Shown here piece by piece: positions 1 through 12,240 of a stretch of 64,000 nucleotides of DNA. Position numbers and translations under genes: made by a program. The notes beneath the pieces were generated by a model, which was given only the letters and a program-made list of their open reading frames with translations, ran no database searches and was not told the DNA's origin. Source of the stretch: Selaginella moellendorffii (taxonomy: Eukaryota > Plantae > Lycopodiophyta); the NCBI RefSeq assembly GCF_000143415.4, contig NW_003314265.1, positions 2,497,181 to 2,561,180 on the forward strand, written 5' to 3'. Position 1 is the first letter of the stretch; each line of letters begins with the position of its first letter.

Positions 1-3000
1 GCTTGTGTCGAGGGGCTGGAAGTGTTGGTTGGCAAAACCACACTTGTGGAGACTTTTTATCTCGCGGATATCCATCGTGTGGATCTCATTCTTGGGATGC
101 CATGGTTAGTGAAGGTGGATCCAACGATAAAGTGGAGCATTAAGCGTATCTCGCTGGAGTATGGTGGCGTTAAAGATGTGTGGTTTGGCGAGGGCGTTCA
201 ACCACCAGTTGTTATGCTCTCTGCTACATCTTTGAAGCGGGCTTGTCGTAATGGAAAAACACTTTCAAGTTACTTGCTGTTTGTTCGTAACTTGGGGGAC
301 CAAGGCACGTGTGGGGGAGAAGCAGTAGTACGGGATGTACTTGACGAGTTTTCTGATGTTTTTCCATCTGAACTTCCTCATGGATTACCTCCGTTACGAG
401 GTGTGGAGCATGGGATTACATTGGAGCCGGGGACACGGCCAATTTATCGGCGTCCATTTCTGTTAAGTTATGCGGAGGAGCAAGAAGTTCAACGACAAGT
501 CAAGGAGTTACTTGAGTTTGGATTTATTCAGCCAAGTAAATCTCCGTTTGGTGCTCCGGTCTTGCTTGTGAAGAAGAAAGACGGTTCAATGCGGATGTGT
601 ATTGACTACCGTGCTTTAAACAAGAAGACAGTGAAGGACAAGATGCCGATGCCACGTGTGGATGATATCCTGGACAAGCTTGGCGAAGCACGAGTGTTTA
701 CCAAGATTGATCTGAGGAGTGGATATCATCAGATTGCAATGGATGATGCATCTATCTCCAAGACGGCATTCAACACAAGCTTCGGACATTTTGAGTTTAC
801 CGTTATGCCGTTTGGTTTGACGAATGCACCGGCCACATTTACTCGGTTGATGACGGAGGTATTTGGGTGTTATCTTCATGAGTTTGTGGAGATTTTCTTG
901 GACGATATTCTTGTTTTTAGCAAGAATATGGAAGAGCATAGGGTGCATTTGCGCAAGGTTCTTTTCTTACTCTGAGACAGCAAACTTTATGCGAAGAAGA
1001 GCAAATGTGAATTTGCAAAGTCGGAGGTGGAATATCTAGGCCATATTGTGACATCTAAGGGTGTCAAGACGGATCCAAGGAAGGTGGCTGTGGTGGAAAA
1101 CTGGCCTACACCGACTACAGTGGCCGAGTTGCGCAGTTTTCTTGGTATGGCTAGTTACTACCGACGTTTCCAGCATAAGTTTGCAGAGGTGGCTATTCCG
1201 TTGACGCGGTTGTTACGCAAGAATGTGCCATTCGAGTGGAAGACGCCACAAGAGGAGAGTTTTGTGGCGCTGAAACGATTGTTGATCGAGGCTCCAGTGC
1301 TTCGCATTGCTGATCCATCGAAACCTTACGAGGTGACATGCGATGTGAGTGGTTATGCATTGGGAGGAGTTCTCATGCAAGAGGGATAGCCTATTGCATA
1401 TGAGAGTCGAACTTTGAATTCCGCGGAGCAATGCTATTCCACATATGAGCAAGAGTTACTCTCTATTGTTCATGCTTTGCGGACGTGGCGGCACTATCTT
1501 TATAGTGCAGTATTCGTGGTGTTGACAGATCACAAACAACTTGTGTATCTTTTCACACAGAAGGAGTTGAACACTAGGCAAGCTCGTTGGATGGTCAAAC
1601 TCATGGAGTTTGGGGAGTTTCCTATTGAGCATCGTCCGGGAAAATCAAATGTGGTGGCAGATGCTTTATCTCGTGTTCGTCATGTAACGACGTTACGAAC
1701 ACGATTTTGTCATCATTTGAGTAAGGTGGTCAGCGAGTTTGGGCAGTTGGTTGAGCATGCTCAGGCTCAGGATGCTGAGGTGGTCTCTTTGCGAGCCCAG
1801 ATGGAAGCCCCTTTCTCATTGGTGGATGGGATTCTTTACTACAATGGCCGTGTATATTTGCCACGGGTGGATGCGTTAATTACTCAAGTTTTATTCCACT
1901 ATCATGATCGTCCAGAGGCTGGTCATTTTGGGGGGAAGAAGACGTATGAGTTGATTAAGCGCAAATTTTATTGGAGGAATATGAAGGCTGATATCCTCAA
2001 GTATTGTAAATCATGCGAGCTTTGTCAGCGGGTTAAGGTGCCACGGGAGAAGCCGGGGGGACTTTTGCAACCTTTACCTATTCCTCAGAGCCGTTGGTGT
2101 AGTATCTCTATGGACTTCATCACTTGTTTGCCACGAACACAGAGGCAAAAGGAGCAAGTATGGGTCATAGTAGATCGGTTGACGAAGTATGTGCGGTTGT
2201 TGGCTCTTCGGAAGACTGTCACTGCCTCAGACTTGGCTGCGGTTTACTTAGAGAAGGTTTTTCTTGATTTTGGTTTGCCAGAGGACATCATTAGTGATCG
2301 AGATTCAAAGTTCACTAGTGGATTTTGGAAAAGCTTTGCAAAGGCTATGCAAGTGACTTTGAAACTCTCGAGTGGAGATCATCCTCAGACGGATGGGCAA
2401 ACCGAGCGTGTGAATCAAGTGGTGGAGGATATGCTACGTTGTAGCATTGGTCAAAGGCAAGGACAGTGGGATCTATATCTTCCGTTGGTGCAATTTGCTT
2501 ACAACAATAGCCAACACAGTGGAACCAAGCTAAGTCCTTACTTTGCGATGTTTGGAAGGCATCCTCGAACAGCGGTGGAGTTAGGATTGCATTTGAGTAA
2601 GGACGTTCAAGATAAGGTTGATTCCGAGGCAACTGATCTGGCCACAGAACTTGATGAGATTCTGGTGGTGTGCAAACGGAATTTGCAAGCAGCTCAGGAT
2701 AGAGCAGAGAGGTTTGCCAATGAGCATCGCCAATTCCGGGAATATAAGGTGGGTGATCTCGTTTTTGTGCGAGTGATCTTTCTGTCAAGTGAGCGGCGGA
2801 ACACCTTGGTGCCTTTACGGACAGGGAAGAGTGATAAACTCTCCCATCGATATGCTGGTCCATATGAAGTGCTGGAGTGCATTGGTAAAGCGGCTTATCG
2901 GGTGCGGCTGCCAGCTGGGGTGAAAATTCATCCGGTATTTTATGTCAGCCAGTTGAAAGGTGTACTATCTCGGAGTGACGGGCCCAATGCCTCCTTGATG

Positions 3001-3033
3001 TATACGGCTGTGGAAGATGGACCAGGAGTTTGA
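1..3033 (+). pseudogene. pol: Ty3/Gypsy (chromovirus-like) pol remnant: protease end, RT, RNase H, integrase
   Basis: ORFs 22-975, 1027-1389 and 1414-3033 share one frame, split by in-frame stops at 973-975 (TGA) and 1387-1389 (TAG). Motifs: [22 protein letters not shown], integrase HHCC region, SMDF/SDRD/TDGQTER, GPY and HPVFYVSQLK. Ends before a recognisable chromodomain. Confidence 0.95.
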
Positions 3034-3074
3034 GCAGGATTCCCCATAAAGGGTGATCACCGGTACAACTCACC

Positions 3075-3565
3075 GGTACCAAGGATCCACGGTGACAGTA
3101 TATCCAAATCTCATCCCATGATCACATGCGCTACACTCACCCCCCCTTTAGAGATGTCAATGTCCTCATTGATTATTGACTAACAACCCCTACTGAGGCA
3201 AGGGGAACCAGCACTTTCATTTCCGCACTCAATCTACCAATCCTTCCATTGTGTAAACTAGCTATTCCATGTGAGGCAACTAGTTATCCACCCGTACGAT
3301 TTCAAATTTAGGGGTAGGAATATACCTTGCTCAAGGGTATATTATATTTTAGGTAGCCACTAATCAATGGGAATCGAACCCGTGCCATTTGCTCTGATAC
3401 CAACTGTAGCGCACCTTATCTCTCTCCCCTTAAGCCAACTGGAAAAGGGGCAATTGCTTGATGAGAGAGCCCTTAGTGGCTATTTTATCCCCAATTATCC
3501 CTAAGGTTCCAAGGATCCACGGTGACAGTATATCTAAATCTCATCCCATGATCACATGCGCTACA
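3075..3565 (-). mobile_element. TRIM-like miniature LTR retroelement
   Basis: 161-bp LTR 3405-3565 (TGTAGCGCAC...ATGCGCTACA). tRNA-iMet PBS (rc TGGTATCAGAGC) at 3391-3402. PPT (rc) at 3136-3150. Partial second LTR about 3075-3135 matching 3505-3565. Non-coding interior of about 270 bp. Confidence 0.8.
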
Positions 3566-3849
3566 GTAGTGCCACTCACACTCGGATTAGGAGCATTGAC
3601 CATTCAATCTCCTTAGGGAGTTAAAGCCGACTCTTGAACAATTCACCAAATAATCTCATTTGTCCGTCTATGTTCACTTTAGCCTTGGACTCCTTAATGA
3701 TTATAACCCACCACATGGGTATAACCTTCCTTGGTTACACTAACTTTTCATAGCCAAACTTGTTCCATTGGAGTCCTCCCCCTACTATCCTTTTAAAGCT
3801 CATCAAACCCCCTAGGGTCAGGGAGACAATCGCTTTGGGCTATCACCCT

Positions 3850-4105
3850 TAGACTTGGACTTGGACTCAGACTTGGTCTTAGACTCAGACTTAGCCTTGG
3901 TTTTGGTTTTAGTCTTGGTTTCGGACTCCATCTTGGACTCCATCTTGAATTCCATCTCAAACTCCATCTCAGACTCCATCTTAAACTCCTCGGACTCCAT
4001 CTCAGAGTTCTTCTCAAACTCCATCTTAGACTCCTTCTCAGACTCCATTTTGGACTTTTTTTCGGACTCCATCTTAGAGTTCATATCAGACTCCTTTTTG
4101 GACTC
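3850..4105. repeat. Degenerate 6/12-bp periodic tandem repeat (TYGGACTCCATC-like)
   Basis: Visible periodicity; produces the low-complexity ORFs at 3793-4235. Confidence 0.85.
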
Positions 4106-4138
4106 TGACACTTTCATATATTATGACGCTTATTATAT

Positions 4139-4560
4139 GTCAGTCCTTCTTATGTCCCTTTCCAAAGACTTATTCATCGATGGCTTCATGCTCATTCTTC
4201 AAGCACTTCATTTGGAGTTTCACTCTCACTCTTGAATTTTTGAATTGAAACTTTTTATCCAAACGTGCTCTGCTTGTTAGACTTTTACTTGACCACTACC
4301 ATGTTACACACATTTAACTCCACTTTTGAGGCTTAGGGATTTGTGTTTTATAGTCAGTCCTTCTTGTGTCCTTTTTAGAGACTTATTCACTGATTACTTT
4401 GTGTTTATTCCTCAAGCACTTTTTTTGGAATTCCACTCCCACTCTTGACTTTTCAAGTCAGAACTTTTGTTCCAAACATGATACACTTGTTGGACTTTCA
4501 CTTCAACCACTACTATGTGGCATCCTTTCATCTCCACTTCGAGGATTAGGGATTTATGTC
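4139..4560. repeat. Two degenerate ~214-bp tandem units; related inverted copy at about 55190-55520
   Basis: Units start GTCAGTCCTTCTT at about 4139 and 4353 and end ...GAGGMTTAGGGATTT. The reverse complement of 55225-55410 aligns by eye to 4356-4537. Confidence 0.75.
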
Positions 4561-5039
4561 TCACACCATGCTCCTATCCCTTCACTCCATGGGCTATACA
4601 CTTAACAACCCTTGGCCACATGTCCATGTTCTACTCTATTGTTATCATATGGTAAATCATTATATAGTAAAGGGTGAAATGCATTATAGTAACTCTTGTT
4701 CATACATGGATTACTATTGCTCCATTGGATTTAAAGTTCAACTCTCATATACAATAGGTTGTCTCTCTTGCATGAGAACTCCCTCCATTGCATAACCACT
4801 CACATCACATGTCATCTTCTAAGGTTTTGATGGATTAACAATATAAAACATTGGAGCCTTACTTAACAATTGTTCCAATGCCACAAAACAATTAATATAG
4901 AAACTTTTGGATCTTGTAATGAGATGTATGGAGTGTTCTAACAAGTTCACTTGAGGTCATTCCAAAATCAATACAAAACTTTAATAATAAAAGATAAGAT
5001 CTATAAAAAAAAGAGTTTTCAAGCTTAAGATATATATAT

Positions 5040-7230
5040 CCTCAATAAGTGGAGGCTATTGACTTTGATTATGAGCTATAAATGCAATATAGTTATCATT
5101 ATTTTCCTTAACCAAATATCAATCACACAAATTTATACAATAATTGACATTTTTGCAAAAATAAACTTTATATCTATTTCAAGGTGTGAGTGCTTGGAAA
5201 ATAAGAATAAGTATATTAAATGGGTTTAGGCCCTTATATGGAAAAATGGATGGACTAAATTTAATCATAAACAGATAAGTTACATGTTATACTACTATAA
5301 TTAGTGTATTACCCAGATGGGGTAATACATGTATTTAAAAACCTAACACCATCCTCCCCCTTAGAAGATGAAAATGTAAAGACAATAAAGTATGTGGAAC
5401 ATCTAGAGGTTCTACTTAGCAACTATAGATTGCCACAAGAATTGGAAACTCCCATATAGCCACTAATATAGTTTTTAACAACCATGACAGAAATAAAATC
5501 CAAAGCAATGGTACAAATATCAATTGACTATAGAATTCTAATGAACTAGCTGCAACTCCATGTGCAATTGCTAAATATTTGAACTAAACTCAAAGCCACA
5601 ACTCTAAATGAAAGCAATTGACTTTAAAGGTAATTACATTCCACCAAATACCATTGTAATAAATGAAAAATTTTGTCTTTATGTCTGCCTTTTAGCTGGC
5701 CTCCAAAACCACTATTAACTCAGAGTTATGACCATTAGCAGAACCTATTATAGTTCCTTCAATTAACCTCTAAGATCCATATTAACTTGGACTCACAACT
5801 CATAGTATATGGGAGATTAAACTCATTTCATTTGTCATCCACATCCTCCTTACCATCTATGTTCAACTTTACTCCATTATCATATTTGTTTAAGCTTACT
5901 ATATTAGGGCTAAATTTTCTGTTTGGACTCACTACATTCATCCTTATTTCAAAATTTATATTATTCTTCCTTGGAATAGGGGAATACTTATACACTCTCA
6001 ACATTTAAATCATTTTTGAGGATGACAAGGAATACTAGATAAAGAATTATAATGATAAGAGTCACAAATAATCATTGTGCCAAGAGAAGGAAATATTGAA
6101 AATGAGGAAAAAACACTAGGAATATGGAAAGATGCCTCAGATTGAGAAATAAGAAAATTTGGGAAAGAGTATAAGACAAAATGAAAGGATTAGATGATAT
6201 ATTAAAAAATTGATACCTACTTTGGTGAAATTTGAATTCATCTCCAAAGCTATCTTCATCAAAATCAAATTCCTTATTAACATAAATCCACTTAAGATCG
6301 TAGACATTGTCTTCCTATAAACTCTATTTTCAAATTCCAAGAATTGAACTGCATCATCTATAACTCTTCAATTAATATCATGATCACACTCCACATTTAT
6401 AGGAGATGGTAAGACACTAAAAATAAAAGAAGCCATGTAATCATGTTTACAGCACATGTGTTTATGGGATAAAATTTGGATATACTATCATTATGGATTT
6501 TTGGAACCTTAGAAGATAAATAAAGATTAAATAGCCACTAAGAGTTTTTTCAGTAAACAATTATCCTTTTTTCCAAATAATTTATGAGGAAAGAGATAAA
6601 GTGCACTACAATATCCTACAAAACTTGGAGATGGCAAGACACCAAAGATTAAAGTAACACAAAAAAAATCATGCTGCACAACACCAAAAACTTGATTTGA
6701 AGAGGATATAACCACAGAAACAATGTTGCTAGGTGACAACAATGTATCATCTACAGTCTTGGATGACACTCTTTGATCAACGACAGCATGGAATGGTGGA
6801 AGAAAAGAATGCAATCAAAATCAAAAGAAGAATAGATTGAATACTAGATCTAGTGAAAAGTTATAACAAATCTAGAGAAGAAAAGAAAAATGATAGAATA
6901 AAAGCAAAAGCATAATCTTAAACACTAAATATAGCATTACCAAAAAACTTTGCCCTCTAGGGACAATTGCAATGCCCCTCACTTCTATCAATGTGAATGC
7001 TTCGGATATAGGAATAGGTAAGTGGGTTAACTTCAAATATGAGCTATTAGTGGAATATATTCCTCAACCAAATATCAATCACACAATATTAATTTATATT
7101 TTTACAACAATAAAATTTATATTTATTTCAATCATGATATAGAAATATGTATATTAAATGGATCCTTACTTATATACAAGAATTGATAGACTAAATTCAG
7201 TCCCAAATAGACAATTTATATGTTATACTA
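5040..7230 (-). mobile_element. Highly decayed LTR-element remnant
   Basis: Degenerate direct repeat AACCAAATATCAATCACACAA...ATGTTATACTA at about 5110-5292 and 7066-7230. PPT-like rc CATCCTCCCCCTT at about 5350. A related fragment occurs at about 16700-16770. Confidence 0.4.
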
Positions 7231-7239
7231 GGTAGAGTT

Positions 7240-7240
7240 T

Positions 7241-7263
<23 letters not shown>
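7240..7263. repeat. (TA)n microsatellite
   Basis: Directly visible. Confidence 0.9.
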
Positions 7264-7271
<8 letters not shown>

Positions 7272-8206
7272 TTATAGACTTTACAAAGGCAAAATCAAAG
7301 GTACAAAAATGTAATTTTTTCTTTTCAAGCCAATACAAGATGGGAGAAAATGCAAGGGTAGTCTCTCTATATTTATACAAATGAGTTCACCATTTTCTTT
7401 TATTGCAAATTCTTACAATGAATGGAGTTGCAAATGCCCAAAATAGCTCCATGCCTCCTTGGTGGTAGGACGTGTGGACCCAAACCATTGGAACACAAAC
7501 AAGGAAGTCTCACATTCTATCTATCTATATCTATTTGGGTTATATGCTACTTTTGAGAGTTTTGTGGTGCCAACATGAGACTGAACTAAGGCATGCAAAA
7601 ATGTAATTTTGATTATCCATGCTGTGTTTGCCAGATCTTCTCTTTTGTGGTCATTCTAGATCTACAATTACTCTAGGAGTTGCAGCAGCAGCAGAAGATA
7701 GAGAGAGTACTCAGTAGCAGTGAGTGAGTACTTGGAGGAGAAGATTTTATTGAGGAGTTTTTCCAGAAAATAAACAAGACTAACTATTCAAAATCATCAT
7801 TATATATAATCTTATAAGGTGAGGGTATCAATCCCCTTACCTATTGTATGTGAAGTAATCACACACCCCTTTTTAACACACTACTGAGTGATTAAGAAAA
7901 CTTAGTAAATAGTTGGCTTATTTAAGCAAACCTATAAGGCAAAATATGTTTAGATAATCTATGTGATTAATTATTGTATAAAAGTGTTTATAATTTATAA
8001 AGTTTCTTAAACACCTCCAAGTATATTCTAGCTTATTGGATTAATCTGATGTTTATAATTTATAAACATGTTTATAGTTTATAAACTTTTTTAAATGCCT
8101 AGTGTTGCCATAAATAATCATATTACCTTACTGCATTGTGTTGAGTGATATGATCTCCTATCATATATGTGATGATAGGAGATTGGCAATTCTCTGCTGT
8201 CCTGCT

Positions 8207-8374
8207 NNNNNNNNNNNNNNNNNNNNNNNNNNNNNNNNNNNNNNNNNNNNNNNNNNNNNNNNNNNNNNNNNNNNNNNNNNNNNNNNNNNNNNNNNNNNNN
8301 NNNNNNNNNNNNNNNNNNNNNNNNNNNNNNNNNNNNNNNNNNNNNNNNNNNNNNNNNNNNNNNNNNNNNNNNNN
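8207..8374. other. Assembly gap (N run)
   Basis: Run of n. Confidence 1.
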
Positions 8375-9107
8375 TAAATGTAGCTGAATTTGAGGTAGCT
8401 TTTGAATGTGGATAAAGGCGGCGGTGTTAGTGGCGGTTTGAGAGAAGGAGTTTTCCGTGATCGTGGAGTTGCTGTTCTTAGAGGTGGATGTGGAATTCGA
8501 GGTGGGGGTGGTGGAGGTGTTCTAGGTGGTGGTGGGGGTGGTCTTCTAGGGGGTGGTGGTGGTGGTTTTCTAGGTGGTGGTGGCAGAATTTTTGGTGGTG
8601 GTGGTGGTGGAGGTGGAGAACTTGGTGGTGGTGGAGGTGAACAAGCATTTGGAGTAAAATAATAGGGTCCACAAGTGAACTTATTATTTCCATTATTGGT
8701 GCATGTGCTTAATGATTGGCCACTTGATCCACCATTTATGTCTGTTAAGAAAGAACACCCCCGGGGTGCTCTACTCGTATCCACACTCACTCGACAACTC
8801 CCAATATCTGTTCCAGTCTTCACTAATTCAAAGATATCAAAGTATCCTCTACTATTTGTAAATGATGAATGACTGTCTCCTGGACAAACCAGGTTTACCT
8901 TGGCATCTGAAAGATTTAACAAGATTAGAAAATTACAAAAGATAGATAATTTTTCTTACTGAAGATGCCATTCTGAGAGAGTGAACCACAGTTAGTGCAA
9001 TAAACATAGCCATCCACTTTGATACTTGTAGTGGCAGCACAAAAATTCTCATTTTTCAGAATGACTGCAAGTAATAAAATTAAATAGAGATATTTTTTGT
9101 TTTCCAT
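8375..9107 (-). CDS. Pollen Ole e 1-like domain plus proline-rich extensin-like secreted protein (2 exons, intron 8907-8959)
   Basis: ATG at 9107 with signal peptide MENKKYLYLILLLAVIL. Ole e 1 pattern VDGYVYCTNC...AKVNLVC...TNSRGYF...CRV...C. A 53-nt GT-AG intron joins the frames. Poly-Pro/SPPPP tail. The 3' end abuts the gap. Confidence 0.85.
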
Positions 9108-10499
9108 ACTTACATGGTAATATGAGGTAAAAGAACGCCCTTTTATAATCTGCACTGCATTAAGTCAAACATCTAAGGTACAACTAATCAGTTGCTAGAC
9201 CTTTTTCAAACCCAAATATTCTGATTTATGTGATCTCATATTTTCTCCTTTTTCTATACTAATGATCTTAAAACTTATAGATAATAACAATAATAATAAT
9301 AAGACTCAAGAATCTCAGTATATTTGTTTAGAAACTTTGCATCTAATATTGGTTCAAATAAATTAGCACAACTATTGGATTAAACTGGTAGTTAACACCT
9401 AGATTAAGAAAGAATATTCTTAAAATTGAGTGCCTGACTGAGCTACATGGTGTCACACCATGCTTGGAGTTTAGGAAAGCACACCTTATTCCTTAATACA
9501 GATCAGGCTTTACTGCATACAAGTTATCTAGATGCCCATCCTTATGCTGCATGGGCATCTGGATAGGTGGTACATGTGTTAACATCAAGCATCCCACCTA
9601 GATCTCTATGACATTACTGTTTGGTGTTGGACCCCAATTTTCCCAAGGTAAAAGTCTTTTGTGCAATCTATGTGTCAGCTGTAAATCTCCTTTTAACCTT
9701 TAACCTTTATACTTTTGAATTATGGTCCAAAAGAATATTCTTAAAATAACCTTTATTTTTGTTCGTTTTCAAGGTCATCAGGGTCAAAGGAAATAATATA
9801 TTAAAGAAGATCACTCACCTTGGTGCAACAAGGCTGCCAAGCAATGGTTTCTTCATCTTCCATCACCCACACTTTCTTGCAATGCTTAAGAAAGTAGGTG
9901 TCTGTAGCAGCCAGATCACTATTGTGTCCTTGGATGATTTTATGGAAATAGTGTGGATTTCCACACCAAAAATGTTGCAATTGTTCAAGTTTGGTCAACA
10001 CCTCTTAGTCTAGTTATTTTCAACAGCTAGATCATATTCTATTTAGAAGTCTATAAAAGCTTGATGCCACTGACATGGTTGTGGAGAACTTCCAGGAAGA
10101 AAAGAATTTCTGTCTTTGTCACTTTTGAAGGGCTTAATACCTTCAATATAGAATTGAGCCCAGCAATAGCAAGCTGGCTACACGGGTGAGCTAAGTTAAG
10201 CTTGGGTTTGGCTTAAGATCACATATCCTTAACCAAAACTAAGATAACGAAAAAATGATAGCCAAAACATTAAGATCACAAACACCTATATTTTATGTTA
10301 TTCCATTTACTTTGTTCTATTTGAGATGTGAATGAAATACCACCAAAATAAATGCTCACTTCTCACTATAGTCCCTTTATAAATTGCAATGGTGAATTAA
10401 AATGATTTCACTTGGTATAAATTATACCATCATAATCTACTTAATATTTTTATCTAATTATTTTATTCAAAAACTTAATATTAAATAACCAAACTAAGG

Positions 10500-12240
10500 G
10501 TTAAAGCGATCATTCTCTCTCGCCAGCTTCTGGAAATGGCGGCGGCGGCGCCTCCGCTTTGCCCTCCAGGATCTGCACCACGCAGCTCATCACTGGCCTG
10601 GATGCTGGATCCTGGTGGATGCACCACAGCGGGATCTTGAGTGCCGCTTGCCTGGTTTGGATCGGCAATGCTCTCCAGCTCCGAGGTCATGTACTTGTCG
10701 AAGGCGTAGATCAGGAAATACCACTCACCAGGCGGCGGCAGTGGCGCATTCTTGCATTCCTTGTCTCCGCCGCCCAGCTCCATGAGGGCCTTCCTCTTGC
10801 CACTCAAGATATCCAGCAGGAGCATCCCAATGCTATAGACATCGGCCTTGGGGGCGATGGATTGGCTCTCGAGCCACTCTGGAGCGAGGTATTCCCTGGT
10901 TCCTTGCACGGTGGTGATGCTCATCTATTCTTTTCTCATCATCCTCGCCAGCCCAAAGTCGGACACCTTTGGCCAGAGCTCTCGTCTAGCAGCACGTTTT
11001 GTGGCTTGATATCGCAGTGGACGATGCGCTCGCCACACTTCTCATGGAGGTATGTCAATCCTTTGGCAATCCCCAGCGCGATTGAGTGTTGTGTCTCCCA
11101 GGTTGAGAAGATCTCTTGCGAGGCGGCGAATGAGGACGAGGCCGAGAGGTGGTGGTCTAGAGAACCGTTTGGCATGAACTCGTAGACGAGGAGGTGGCAG
11201 CCTCCCTCGGCACAGTAGCCGAGGAGGCGGACCAAGTTGACATGGTGTACTCTTCCAATCGTGCTCACCTCGGCCTTGNNNNNNNNNNNNNNNNNNNNNN
11301 NNNNNNNNNNNNNNNNNNNNNNNNNNNNNNNNNNNNNNNNNNNNNNNNNNNNNNNNNNNNNNNNNNNNNNNNNNNNNNGATCCTGAGATTGCCATCGTTT
11401 GTCCAGCATAAGTTTCCTCAACACATTCGCATCGTCATAGTCAAGCGCGTAGTCTTGTGAACTCATTGATCCTGATGCCCAGCTCTTTCCAGTTGCGTCG
11501 TAAAAGGAAAGGACGCTCAAGTTCAAGACGGCCGGGAACTTGAGAGAACGATCAGGCTGGCAAGCGTTGTTGTTCAAGACGTGCTCTCCGGTTTCGTCAT
11601 CCAGGCAAGTCATGGTGGAGTTCAGTGTCGGATTTGCAATAGACCAGTATTTTTGCGGGATCTCCAGCTTTAAGTTCTTGAGCAGCACCTGACCACTGTT
11701 GAGAACAAGCTGGTATGCTCCAGACTGGGAAATCAACCTCGTGTATCCCAAGGACGGATTTCCTTGTGTGCGGAGCTGCTGCTCGGGCAAAAGGTTGTTC
11801 GTTGGAGAGTCGAAGCTCTGCCATGCAACTTTCTTGTCTTTTCCAAGGACAACTAAGTTCCCGTTCTCGAGCAGCGAAGCACTTTCAGCACAACACTGTC
11901 CGGGATTGGTTTGCCACAAGGGGGCGGAGCTGCTGCCATCAGTGACGGAAAGTCCCCCCTCGGCTTTCAACTCAAGCTTGGCATTTTCACTCACCTGGAC
12001 AAGCTGCCCGTTTGCCATTGCCATCCAGACGACAGTCTTCTTCGGATCTATATCATACCAGATCGCGAGATTGAAGTTCCGGGTCCTTGAAGACTCAGGC
12101 ATTACGAATCCAAATCCAAAGGTTCCTTCAGGTGATCTCCAAGGGCTTCCTGTTGTGACAGTGCTTCCGCGCAAGAAGTCGGCCAGGACTCTGCTGTAGT
12201 AAGTCGAAGAGAGCAGCAGCATGAGAGTAAGTAGCTTCAT
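10500..12240 (-). pseudogene. G-type (bulb) lectin S-domain receptor-like kinase, frameshifted, gap in the middle
   Basis: Signal peptide; B-lectin motifs (SPEGTFGFGF, LLENGNLVV, WQSFDSPTNNLLPEQ); kinase motifs HHVNLVRLLGYC, HCDIKPQNVLLD, GTREYLAPEW, KADVYS. Frameshifts near 10975, about 11400 and in the C-terminus; some may be sequencing errors near the gap. Confidence 0.9.
11279..11378. other. Assembly gap (100 N)
   Basis: Run of n. Confidence 1.

Noticed and set aside
3366-3402. tRNA-like T-loop/B-box (rc GGTTCGATTCC)
   Set aside because: No cloverleaf; it lies next to the PBS and is best read as extended primer-binding-like sequence.
3793-4235. ORFs with MESE/SDSI repeats
   Set aside because: By-products of the 12-bp tandem repeat, open on both strands.
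8402-8693. Gly-rich and His-rich ORFs (also 28508-29129, 28697-28933, 56008-56277)
   Set aside because: Antisense or alternative frames of poly-proline coding sequence.
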